From a virus (lineage: Duplodnaviria > Caudoviricetes): DNA of 64,000 bases. Position 1 is the stretch's first letter. The number at the start of each line of letters is the position of its first letter. The stretch covers positions 30,444 through 94,443 of IMG/VR virus record IMGVR_UViG_3300010352_002811; one strand, written 5' to 3'. Both the position numbers and the translations under genes were made by a program. Positions 20,463 to 29,409 of this stretch are shown in pieces. The notes beneath the pieces are model-generated. The model saw only the letters and a program-made list of their open reading frames with translations, had not been told where the DNA came from and did no database searches.

Positions 20463-21392
20463 ATGGGATTCAAACAATTTTATCTTTTGGAGTCTGGACA
20501 AAAACTAATTGGTTACCATTCTACCAATTCTAAATTTGAAGCATTTGACCATAAGTTTACAGGCCATGTTGGATTTTATTTTACTCCAGAAAAATATTTT
20601 GAACATCCTGAACATAAAAATTCCACACTTGATTATTCTAAAGGTAAAAAGTACACGTTAAAATGCGAACTAGATATTAAAAATCCAATTCCTAATGACG
20701 TGTTTGTAGATGTCATGAACAAGGCTTTTGGTGGAAATCCTAGAAAAATGGCTATAGAACAATTCAAAAAACTTGGATATGACGGATATATTGCCAAAGC
20801 TCAAATTTGGGTGTTTGAACCAGAGCAGATTAAAATTGTAGATGCTGTTGATAATGAAATAAACGAAGCGCCAATTATTGATGACCGATATGGTGAAACA
20901 GCAAAAATGCCAATATATACAAAACCGGAAATTGGAGGATTCTATACAAAATATAAAGAATCAAAACTTTTTAAAAAAATAGATAATATTGAGATGCGAA
21001 TGTTAGATTATATAAAAGATGAGATATATCTTTATTATGTTGTGAATGGAAAACCTGCCGCTGTTTTAGTTTACAAATTCCTTGATAAAAAAGCTAAAGA
21101 TTTCAACAAATATCCGATGGTAGGATGGATGTACACAACTCCCGAATATTTGAAAAAAGGAATTCAACAAGAGCTTCATAATTTTCTAATGGCATATCAT
21201 AAAGGCATTTTGGTTGATACTACATTATCCCCGGAAGGATTTAAGTTTTACAAGAAATGGGCGGAACCATTTTACACATATTCTTTTGATAATGATGATA
21301 CTTATAGCAAAATAAAAAAAGTTGATTGGAACAAAGTAAAAAGCAATCGTCATGAAAGATTTGTTATTCTTAAAAATGAGGTGGACGATTGA
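20463..21392 (+). CDS. Tagged two-domain protein: ART-PolyVal-like plus GNAT-like
   Basis: MGFKQFYLLES; GYHST..F..FD....GFYFT..L.IKNP..GYDG; linker EINEAP; TPEYLKKGIQ acetyl-CoA motif. Confidence 0.6.
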   Translation: MGFKQFYLLESGQKLIGYHSTNSKFEAFDHKFTGHVGFYFTPEKYFEHPEHKNSTLDYSKGKKYTLKCELDIKNPIPNDVFVDVMNKAFGGNPRKMAIEQFKKLGYDGYIAKAQIWVFEPEQIKIVDAVDNEINEAPIIDDRYGETAKMPIYTKPEIGGFYTKYKESKLFKKIDNIEMRMLDYIKDEIYLYYVVNGKPAAVLVYKFLDKKAKDFNKYPMVGWMYTTPEYLKKGIQQELHNFLMAYHKGILVDTTLSPEGFKFYKKWAEPFYTYSFDNDDTYSKIKKVDWNKVKSNRHERFVILKNEVDD

Positions 21393-21697
21393 GTTTCAAG
21401 AAGCTTTATCTAACTGAATCGGAACAACCTCTTCAATTTTCATTATCAAAGAAATTGAAAGTTGAGAAATTCGAATTCAGAAAAGACGGAACAAACTTTA
21501 TCATAAAAACGTTAACTCTTCCAGAAATTAATGTTAAGCTTGGAGATGGTGTTCGAGCAATGTTGGAAATTTATTCATATTGCGATAAAAAAGGTTATGA
21601 TGTTGTTCTAGATTGTAATTATCAGCAGTTTGTAGATTCTGTTGGTTTAGATTATTATGTTGAAGGAGTTAGAGTTCAAGTAGCGTTGGTTCTTTAA
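21389..21697 (+). CDS. Tagged small hypothetical protein
   Basis: MSFKKLYLTES, TTG start overlapping upstream stop. Confidence 0.55.
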   Translation: MSFKKLYLTESEQPLQFSLSKKLKVEKFEFRKDGTNFIIKTLTLPEINVKLGDGVRAMLEIYSYCDKKGYDVVLDCNYQQFVDSVGLDYYVEGVRVQVALVL

Positions 21698-21708
21698 TAA
21701 ATAACTAT

Positions 21709-22659
21709 ATGAACTTCAAAACTTTTTATTTGACAGAATCTGAAAATACTCATCTTGGTTATAAAATTGTAAACTATGATGGAAAACAAGCATACTCAAT
21801 CGCAGACAATAAAGTTAAATATTCTCTTAAAAAAGGAACAATTGAAACTGGGAAAATATATCTAGGAACCTCGGAGAAATACGCTCGAGCTTATTACTCA
21901 ACAGAATCTTCAGACCCAGATGACCCACAAGAATTACTTTTGGTATATGAAATCAATCCATCTGATATTATACAGGGAAATCTAGAAGACAAAGACCAAC
22001 TGACAGGTGGTAGTGAAATTATAGTCAGAAAAGCAAAATTAAAATCTGCTTATAATATCACGAAAAAAGAATATATTATTGAAATGCCATCTATTAACAA
22101 ATCAAATTCTGGCTGGTCTGAGAGTCCTGATCATTGGTCCGGAATTCAAGATAGATATAAATTAACAAAATTAGTCAAAGAATATAAAATTGGAAATACT
22201 GTATACCAGATACGTCAGAATAAAAGTAAAAATATTCTAGATGTATATTGTCTATCTTCAGAATTGTTATATGGAAATTCTAAAATAATTGGAGTTCTAC
22301 AGTTAAATAAATTAGACACAGATGATAGTATAAAACTTAAACGATTGAAATATCCAAAAATTTCATGGGTTGCTGTTCGCCCGGAATATAGAAATAAAGG
22401 AATTGCTTCTGGATTATATATTTCTGCTATAGATTATTTCGGTGGCCTTGTTTCAGATTCTTCTTTAACCAAACGCGATGATGGCTCAGGTTCATTAAAT
22501 GTTTGGACGTCTCTTCAAAAATCAAAATATGTTTATGCTTTTGATGGTGACAATTTTAAAGAACTTGATTCGCATGATATTGGTTCAGACGAATATCACA
22601 AATCAGATATTCTATTTGTCGCGTCTGAAAATAAAATCAAAGGAGCTATAGAAGAATGA
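21709..22659 (+). CDS. Tagged two-domain protein with C-terminal GNAT acetyltransferase
   Basis: MNFKTFYLTES; linker YIIEMP; VAVRPEYRNKGIASGLY GNAT motif A. Confidence 0.65.
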   Translation: MNFKTFYLTESENTHLGYKIVNYDGKQAYSIADNKVKYSLKKGTIETGKIYLGTSEKYARAYYSTESSDPDDPQELLLVYEINPSDIIQGNLEDKDQLTGGSEIIVRKAKLKSAYNITKKEYIIEMPSINKSNSGWSESPDHWSGIQDRYKLTKLVKEYKIGNTVYQIRQNKSKNILDVYCLSSELLYGNSKIIGVLQLNKLDTDDSIKLKRLKYPKISWVAVRPEYRNKGIASGLYISAIDYFGGLVSDSSLTKRDDGSGSLNVWTSLQKSKYVYAFDGDNFKELDSHDIGSDEYHKSDILFVASENKIKGAIEE

Positions 22660-23558
22660 GATTTTTAGAATTTTATCTATCAGAAGCCTCTCAAGAATAT
22701 AACATTGCTAAGACCCTGGCTGAAAAATTATCAAAGTTATTAGATGAGATAGAATATTCAGCAGAGAAGAATCCAGATTATCTTAAGAAATATAAATATA
22801 GTAATTCAGGACATTATCATATTCCATTAAAAGATTTTATAAAGAAAATAAACTTTCCAGAAGATTCGGTTTTTTCTCACTTGAAAGATGGGAAATTATA
22901 TCTTGAATATGGATATCGTGATGATTCAACAACACCATACCTATTAGCGGTTACTAGAGAAGATGGACATACATATAGAACAAAAGCTGGAGCATACTTT
23001 GACCAAGACAAATATTTTCTTGGAATTCATTTACCATTTATTGACCCAAAAACCGAACTTCCATATCAAGGATTTAGAACTCACTGGAAAAATCTTCTGA
23101 TACATGAATTAACTCATTATATTCAAGATTCTAAAGATTCGTCTAAATATGGCACATCAACATTATCATCAGAAGAATGGCATAAAGATAAAAAAGAACA
23201 AGAAGCGTATTTACATGAATTATACTCTCTATTTCAAAATTGGCTATCTGAAGAACTGTCAGACTTGAAGAATTTGCGAAATGATACAGAATACAAAAAA
23301 TCTGATATTCCTGAGTATGTAAAAAAGAATAATAGATTGGTTGACTTATTTTCTTCAGAAGAGATGTTTGAACGAAAATATCCAGTTGGTGAGATTTTGT
23401 TAGATAATGATAAACAAAAGAGAAGAATAAATTATCTTGCCGGAAATTTGAAAGATGTTTACAAAAAGTTTATTCATGATACATATATTGAATTGAAAAA
23501 AGAATTCAGGAACGTTCTACCTACTAAGAAATTAAGTTATTCGGGAGTAAAGAAGTGA
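22656..23558 (+). CDS. Tagged zincin-like metallopeptidase
   Basis: MRFLEFYLSEA; LLIHELTHYIQ (HExxH) with downstream EQEAY. Confidence 0.7.
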   Translation: MRFLEFYLSEASQEYNIAKTLAEKLSKLLDEIEYSAEKNPDYLKKYKYSNSGHYHIPLKDFIKKINFPEDSVFSHLKDGKLYLEYGYRDDSTTPYLLAVTREDGHTYRTKAGAYFDQDKYFLGIHLPFIDPKTELPYQGFRTHWKNLLIHELTHYIQDSKDSSKYGTSTLSSEEWHKDKKEQEAYLHELYSLFQNWLSEELSDLKNLRNDTEYKKSDIPEYVKKNNRLVDLFSSEEMFERKYPVGEILLDNDKQKRRINYLAGNLKDVYKKFIHDTYIELKKEFRNVLPTKKLSYSGVKK

Positions 23559-24241
23559 TGTTCAAAGATTTTTATTTTCTTGAAAGTCTCCAAATTTCTT
23601 TATCCAAAAAAGCTTGGGATAAGTTGTCTTCTGAAGCTCAACAAGCTATAATATCTTGGGAAGCTTCTAATTGGGTTGGTGGAACTTTAGAAAAACATAT
23701 AAAGGCGAATGACTCTGTCGCAAAAGAAATAAAACAAGTAATGAAACCAATTCTAGATTCTATAAAAGGTGATACCGTAACGCTTTATAGAGGGGCAACC
23801 AAGGAAATAATGGACGAACCAAGATTTTTACAGTCTTGGACTTCTTCAGAAAAAGTTGCGAAACATTTTGCCGGATTAAGTTCAAGTCAAACAAAAGATA
23901 TTCCATTAACTTATCCAACATATACTCAAAAAGAAATTGATGATGTTGTTGAAAAATTTAATAAAACAGGTTATGTTAAATTTGACAATCAATATTTTAT
24001 AGTTGACAAAAAGAATCCAAAATATTACAACATATATGATAAAGAACGAAATCTTGTAACTGATAGCGAAACGAGCGAATTCAGAAATAACATAACTTCC
24101 AGTTATGATGAACGAATAGATTTGAACAATAAACGAACCAAAGACAAAGTCGTACTAAAACGAACATTTGATAAAAACAAAATCATCTGGATATCTAACA
24201 ATCTAGATTCTAAAGAATATATTGTCAAGGTAGATGAATGA
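23555..24241 (+). CDS. Tagged ADP-ribosyltransferase-like protein (R-S-E type)
   Basis: MFKDFYFLES; TLYRG, SWTSS..VA..FA, C-terminal KEYIV. Confidence 0.6.
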   Translation: MMFKDFYFLESLQISLSKKAWDKLSSEAQQAIISWEASNWVGGTLEKHIKANDSVAKEIKQVMKPILDSIKGDTVTLYRGATKEIMDEPRFLQSWTSSEKVAKHFAGLSSSQTKDIPLTYPTYTQKEIDDVVEKFNKTGYVKFDNQYFIVDKKNPKYYNIYDKERNLVTDSETSEFRNNITSSYDERIDLNNKRTKDKVVLKRTFDKNKIIWISNNLDSKEYIVKVDE

Positions 24242-24256
24242 CCCATAAATAGTTCT

Positions 24257-25768
24257 ATGAATAGTGACACTCTTTATAGAACGCTTTACCTACTTGAAAA
24301 TGACATTGCTAGGCTGGACGAAGCATTAGACCAGCAAAAGATAGATTCATTAACATCTCTTCTTCCATCGGCTACAGCAGATTCAATTATTCAGCTTCAT
24401 AAACAAAATAATGATAATGGTGTTATGTCTCAATTGAATTCATATCTAAGAACTGCGATTGGTAAAAAGGCTTCGTCCATTGATGATGCTATAAAGATTT
24501 TGAAACAAGATAAGTCCGAAATCACTTCAATTACTAATATTTTACTTAGAGCATCAATGCCAAAAGACCAAGTTGATAAAATGACAAGTGTTGAAAAAAG
24601 AAGAACTCTGAACACACTCGCAGAAAAAAGCGGAATTAGCACAAAAGGAAAACCCACTGCTGAGGTAACAAGCGCGTTAAGTAATGTTCTTGCTGTTAAA
24701 AAGGCATCTCAAGATAAAACAACATCAGCTACAGGAGAATTTAATAGAACCAAAAATGTTCAAGCAACTGAACCATTCCCCGGCAAGCGTCAAATTTTCA
24801 TAAACAATTACAAAAAGACATTAGCTCTTGGATGGCCTGGAGAACCTATTAAAGTTAAAGGTGGAACCGCAGACAATCCCGAAATTGAGCAAACTGTTGG
24901 CAAATTAATTCCATTCAATGTTGGTGCTAAAATTGGAACAAAATTGACAAACGCAATTCCAGGCACAAAAGTTCTTCCTCTCTGGATAAAAACTGCGAAG
25001 AATTTGGTTTATAATAAGTTCAAGCAAGACCCAACAGGTTTGAAGAAGTTGCTTGACGCTGTAAATGATATAATTGAAAAGAATAAGCAGTACAAATTAT
25101 CTAAGCGTGTTGGCTTTAGAGATGTTTTCAAATCTTTAGGAAATTCATTCTTAGCTAAGTTTGGTGCTAGTGATAAGGATTTGGCTGTATTTAATTGGCT
25201 CGTCACAAAAGCCGTTGGTATGGACATTTTTGAATTCCAGAAACTCATTCTCGAAGAAGTCATGTCAGCAATAGATATGACAGATGAACGACTTTTGAAA
25301 ATGGAAAATGTTGCTAAAGGTTTGAAGAGAATGTTTGAAAGAGCCCCTGAAGCGAATAAGTTTTCAATCTCTTCATTAAAATCATCTCAATCTTATGATG
25401 GTGGGTATAAAGTTTGGTATGTAATCAAATCAAATGTCAAACCTCCAACAACATCAACAATTGCGAGCCCTATGGAATTTTATCTTAGAATGCTTGAAGA
25501 ATATATTAAACTTCCTGCTGGTAAAAAGTGGACAGAAGTGCCATCTGAAAAAGATATTAGAAATGAACAAATTAAATTGAGAGATTATAGCATTGGTCGC
25601 TCAAAAGAAAAATATTCTTATGATGATACTGAAGATGGTCCTTTGAGTTGTGTTGATGAAGAGAAACAAGGAGACAAATTGATAGGAAAACAGTTTATGT
25701 ACCCGGTCTTCTTGGAACGAAATGGCCTTTATATTTACGTAACATATAACCCGGAGAGAGAAGAATGA
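24257..25768 (+). CDS. Tagged late hypothetical protein
   Basis: TAAATA-N5-ATG; LYRTLYLLEND..LDEA. Confidence 0.5.
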   Translation: MNSDTLYRTLYLLENDIARLDEALDQQKIDSLTSLLPSATADSIIQLHKQNNDNGVMSQLNSYLRTAIGKKASSIDDAIKILKQDKSEITSITNILLRASMPKDQVDKMTSVEKRRTLNTLAEKSGISTKGKPTAEVTSALSNVLAVKKASQDKTTSATGEFNRTKNVQATEPFPGKRQIFINNYKKTLALGWPGEPIKVKGGTADNPEIEQTVGKLIPFNVGAKIGTKLTNAIPGTKVLPLWIKTAKNLVYNKFKQDPTGLKKLLDAVNDIIEKNKQYKLSKRVGFRDVFKSLGNSFLAKFGASDKDLAVFNWLVTKAVGMDIFEFQKLILEEVMSAIDMTDERLLKMENVAKGLKRMFERAPEANKFSISSLKSSQSYDGGYKVWYVIKSNVKPPTTSTIASPMEFYLRMLEEYIKLPAGKKWTEVPSEKDIRNEQIKLRDYSIGRSKEKYSYDDTEDGPLSCVDEEKQGDKLIGKQFMYPVFLERNGLYIYVTYNPEREE

Positions 25769-25965
25769 AATTTAGCGAATATGTTGAAATGATTAATACC
25801 ACTGAAGTTAATGAAGATGACAATCCACAGCAATTGGCTCAAATCAAAGCTATTGACTCTCAGATTGATGCGAAGAAAAAGCAGATTGAATCTTTGAATA
25901 AGCAGCTCGCCCAATTGGTTCAGAAGAAAGCATCTCTTGGGGGAATGGTTGATAAGGAACTGTAA
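25765..25965 (+). CDS. Small tagged coiled-coil protein
   Basis: MKFSEY..VNE, heptad Q/K-rich helix. Confidence 0.55.
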   Translation: MKFSEYVEMINTTEVNEDDNPQQLAQIKAIDSQIDAKKKQIESLNKQLAQLVQKKASLGGMVDKEL

Positions 25966-27089
25966 TGTTTTCTGACAGCTATCAGTTTTTATTCGAAGCT
26001 ACTCCATTAAAAAATAAGGGATTTGTAACAGAAGCTCTTGTTGCTATTGCTATCTTTCTAAAATTTAAGAAACGCGGAGATAAAGTTTTTTACTCCGACA
26101 TTGAAAAATATATCAAGTTTCTAAGAACAATTTATACTGTAGGCTCTTTGAAACAAAATGGCGTCACAATTCATGAAAATTATGCCATGGTCAAAGATTC
26201 GGAAGATAAGAATATTAAAGATAAACTACGATTGAAAATAAAATTGATGAATCGGTCTTTGGAATATTTAATGGGCCATCCAGGAACTACAGAATTCGAT
26301 CCTGAAAACCATCGTTATTCTCTTGATTTTGGAGAAGAAATGTATTCCGTCGCCGCATTTGTTAACTCTGACCATGTTGCTAATTATGTTAAAAAGGTAA
26401 TTACAAATAAAGAGAAAAATATTATTGAGATTGCTGCGGATGGATTATCAAATAACAATTCTGTAAAAACTGATGTCTGGGTTGAAGTTGATGGCAAGAA
26501 AATCCCAATGTTTGACTTTTCTATTAAAACAAGAAACACTCAGCAATTGTCTCAACATGATAACGCTGATAAAAAAGATAAGCAAATAAAGTTTTGGAAT
26601 GACTTGTGCGGAATTGATGTTTCTTCGTATTTTAGAAAAACTGGAGCAGAATCTTTGGAAGATATAGATGATTACTTCAGGTACATTTGCTCAAAGATGG
26701 AAAAGCAGTTGACAACCCAGAGAGCGGATGCTACCTTTGTTACAAGATTGGCAGAAGGAATCAAAAATTCGGCCACTCTTGGAAATGACGTCATTCTGTT
26801 GTCGATAGATGGTACGACAAAAGGAAAATTCCGAACATTTGGTTTCAAGTCATTTGTCGAAGCATTGGTTGAAACAGGAATTGACTTGAGTTGTAAGATG
26901 TCTCCCGAAGTAAATAAAGAAGGTTCAAAATCAAAACAAACTTGGTTGAAAATCTACGACAGTTCAGACGAATCACCCTCTGGAGTTCTTGTAAAGATTC
27001 GTTACAGGAGCGACAGAACCATGACCGCTATCACCATTGAAAAAGGACCACTGCTTGAACGACTCACGGAACTCATGCCAGCGTTTTGA
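25965..27089 (+). CDS. Tagged PD-(D/E)xK-like nuclease
   Basis: MFSDSYQFLFEA; G..TE helix, KTDVWV...FSIK catalytic-like pattern. Confidence 0.45.
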   Translation: MFSDSYQFLFEATPLKNKGFVTEALVAIAIFLKFKKRGDKVFYSDIEKYIKFLRTIYTVGSLKQNGVTIHENYAMVKDSEDKNIKDKLRLKIKLMNRSLEYLMGHPGTTEFDPENHRYSLDFGEEMYSVAAFVNSDHVANYVKKVITNKEKNIIEIAADGLSNNNSVKTDVWVEVDGKKIPMFDFSIKTRNTQQLSQHDNADKKDKQIKFWNDLCGIDVSSYFRKTGAESLEDIDDYFRYICSKMEKQLTTQRADATFVTRLAEGIKNSATLGNDVILLSIDGTTKGKFRTFGFKSFVEALVETGIDLSCKMSPEVNKEGSKSKQTWLKIYDSSDESPSGVLVKIRYRSDRTMTAITIEKGPLLERLTELMPAF

Positions 27090-27582
27090 TTTGATTGCCG
27101 CAATGACTTATGATAGAGTCATAGGTAATGGCTCCCAGCTTCCTTGGCACATTCCAGAAGAGCTAAAATTCTTCAAAGAAATGACGACCAACAAGACTCT
27201 TATCATGGGAGCGAATACACTAAAGTCAATTGGGAAAACTCTACCAAACAGAAATCATGTTATCATTTCTTCAAAGCCTCAATCTGAATTTGATTCTTTT
27301 GGAAATGTTGCTGTGTGTAATGATATCAATTCAGCAATTACCAAGGCTAAATCTTTCAGAACAGATGTTTTTGTAGTTGGGGGTTTGAGTATTTACAAGC
27401 AATTTCTCGAAACAAATATCTGCGACTCTTTGATAATTTCATGGATTAAAGATAAGTATGCTGGAGATGTTATTTTTCCCAATTTGATTCATTACCCATA
27501 CAAGGTAGATTCTATTGTAAAAGAATCTTCCGAATTCATAACAATGAGATACATCCGAAATGATAATAAACATAGACGTTAA
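27037..27582 (+). CDS. frd: Dihydrofolate reductase (start uncertain)
   Basis: LIAAM..DRVIG....LPWHIPEELKFFK..T...IMG..T..SIG..LPNR, VVGG..IY. Confidence 0.92.
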   Translation: MKKDHCLNDSRNSCQRFDLIAAMTYDRVIGNGSQLPWHIPEELKFFKEMTTNKTLIMGANTLKSIGKTLPNRNHVIISSKPQSEFDSFGNVAVCNDINSAITKAKSFRTDVFVVGGLSIYKQFLETNICDSLIISWIKDKYAGDVIFPNLIHYPYKVDSIVKESSEFITMRYIRNDNKHRR

Positions 27583-28210
27583 AAATAGGAATGGCGAAGG
27601 AACTATAAAACTTCCCAGGTATTTGATTTCTGAAAAAGAACAACCAATCGGAGTTGTGTTTGGAAAGTTCTCGCCTTGGACTGGAGAAAATGGCCACGCA
27701 CGTTTATTAAATTTGTTGAAGAAAAACGGTATTAATAAATTCTACATTGTATCTCCAAAGCGTGATGATAAGATTGCTGAAAAATACGACGCTAATATTT
27801 TTTCTCCAGAAGCAAGGAAGAAAATTGTAGAACGAGTTGTTACAGATGATGGCTTCCTTGGTTATATTCAAGCAGATTCAAATAACATAATGGGTGTGAT
27901 TAAAGAACTTATTCATAAAATCAAACGCCCTGTATTTGTTGTTGGTCCTGATAGAGAAACAATGTTTGATAGGCACTTTGTTATTTTTGGACACGAACCT
28001 GTTAAAGATTCTAATAACAAGGATTTTGGAAAGCCGGAAGCACTTGTTTATACTGGACCGAGAGAAGTTTCCGGAACTCTTGTTAGGAAATCTTTGGTTG
28101 AGAATGATTTTGAAACATTCACAGACTTGACGAAATATGATAAAGAAACATTTGAATTTATGCGAAATCTGATGACAAAAAGTTTCAAGCAATTTTATGG
28201 AGGCAAATAA
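27560..28210 (+). CDS. HIGH-superfamily (cytidyltransferase-like) nucleotidyltransferase
   Basis: VFGKFSPWT..GH, VVGPDR, VSGTLVR. Confidence 0.7.
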   Translation: MIINIDVKNRNGEGTIKLPRYLISEKEQPIGVVFGKFSPWTGENGHARLLNLLKKNGINKFYIVSPKRDDKIAEKYDANIFSPEARKKIVERVVTDDGFLGYIQADSNNIMGVIKELIHKIKRPVFVVGPDRETMFDRHFVIFGHEPVKDSNNKDFGKPEALVYTGPREVSGTLVRKSLVENDFETFTDLTKYDKETFEFMRNLMTKSFKQFYGGK

Positions 28211-29409
28211 TGGGCGGGAATCTTAAGATTGGAAACATTGCGGCTGACAAGCTTCAAATCTCCGAAATGAATACGAAAGACGTTGATGATTTGAAAACCA
28301 GAATCAAGAATGGTCTCGTTGAATTTTTTAATAACATGTCAAATTTCAATCTGTTCTGGATGGATTACACAAAGCTAATTCAAAACAATGAAGTGTTTTC
28401 AGGTTCTTCAAAACATTTCTTCACCAAGGCCGTAAAAGAATTCTCAAAGGTTAAAAAGGCTATTGGTGATATTGACATCCAATTCCCGAACACTTATGAA
28501 AATGAATTGATTGAATATATTGAGAGAAGTTCGGGGTTAACATTTGGGGAATTGAAGCTTGTTGGTCTTGGTGGTCGTTCTCCAATTCAGACAAACACCC
28601 TGTTCACCGACATTCCTACAGGTTTGAATGTTCAGATTGATTTTGAGCCGATTGATTTCAAAAACAAAGTTCCTAGCCAGTTTGCCAAGTTTTCGCATTC
28701 ATCGGACTGGAATGATTTGGAAGAAAGCATCAAGGGAGTGTTTCACAAATTCATGATTCGGGCCTTGGTTGCTAGAGAACGAATATCAAACATCTATTTG
28801 GTCACTTCATACAATCCTAAAACTTTCAAGTGGCGAGTTTCTAAAAAAGAAGTAGAAGGAACAAACATTCAAGGATTCTCGGTGGACAAGGGAGTTCGGA
28901 TTAAATATGAAAGAGCAAGAAATCGTCATGGAGCAGAATTCTTCGTATCTGAAAATGGAGATGAATTCCCAAGCAAAGAGAATGGCACAAAACCAGCATA
29001 TATAGAAACTGACACTAAAACGTATGATTACATTAAAGATATCTCAAAAATTGCTACAATATGCTTCGGTGTAGAGTTAAATGCTTCCGAACTTGATAAA
29101 TTTGGTTCGTTTGTCGGATGCCTTGAATTGATTAACAAATATATTCCAAATGACACAGATTACATTGAGGAAGAGTTTTTCAATCATCTGTTCGGAAAGT
29201 CTGCTCAAGAAATCGAACAAGGTGAATTTGTTGATGGAATAAATGAGAATGATTTCTACACAAAGTTCCGAGCATATAAGAAATTGATGAAAGAGTTATT
29301 TGGAATTGATGTGAATGACTTGAATGAAATTGAACCAGTAAGACTAAGCATTATTAAACAATTCTATAAAAATCTAGAAAGTAAGAAAAATGGAACAGAC
29401 AAAACGTAA
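28210..29409 (+). CDS. DNA pol-beta-superfamily nucleotidyltransferase-like protein
   Basis: MGGN start; FSGSS..IGDIDIQ, NVQIDF, KGVFH. Confidence 0.6.
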   Translation: MGGNLKIGNIAADKLQISEMNTKDVDDLKTRIKNGLVEFFNNMSNFNLFWMDYTKLIQNNEVFSGSSKHFFTKAVKEFSKVKKAIGDIDIQFPNTYENELIEYIERSSGLTFGELKLVGLGGRSPIQTNTLFTDIPTGLNVQIDFEPIDFKNKVPSQFAKFSHSSDWNDLEESIKGVFHKFMIRALVARERISNIYLVTSYNPKTFKWRVSKKEVEGTNIQGFSVDKGVRIKYERARNRHGAEFFVSENGDEFPSKENGTKPAYIETDTKTYDYIKDISKIATICFGVELNASELDKFGSFVGCLELINKYIPNDTDYIEEEFFNHLFGKSAQEIEQGEFVDGINENDFYTKFRAYKKLMKELFGIDVNDLNEIEPVRLSIIKQFYKNLESKKNGTDKT

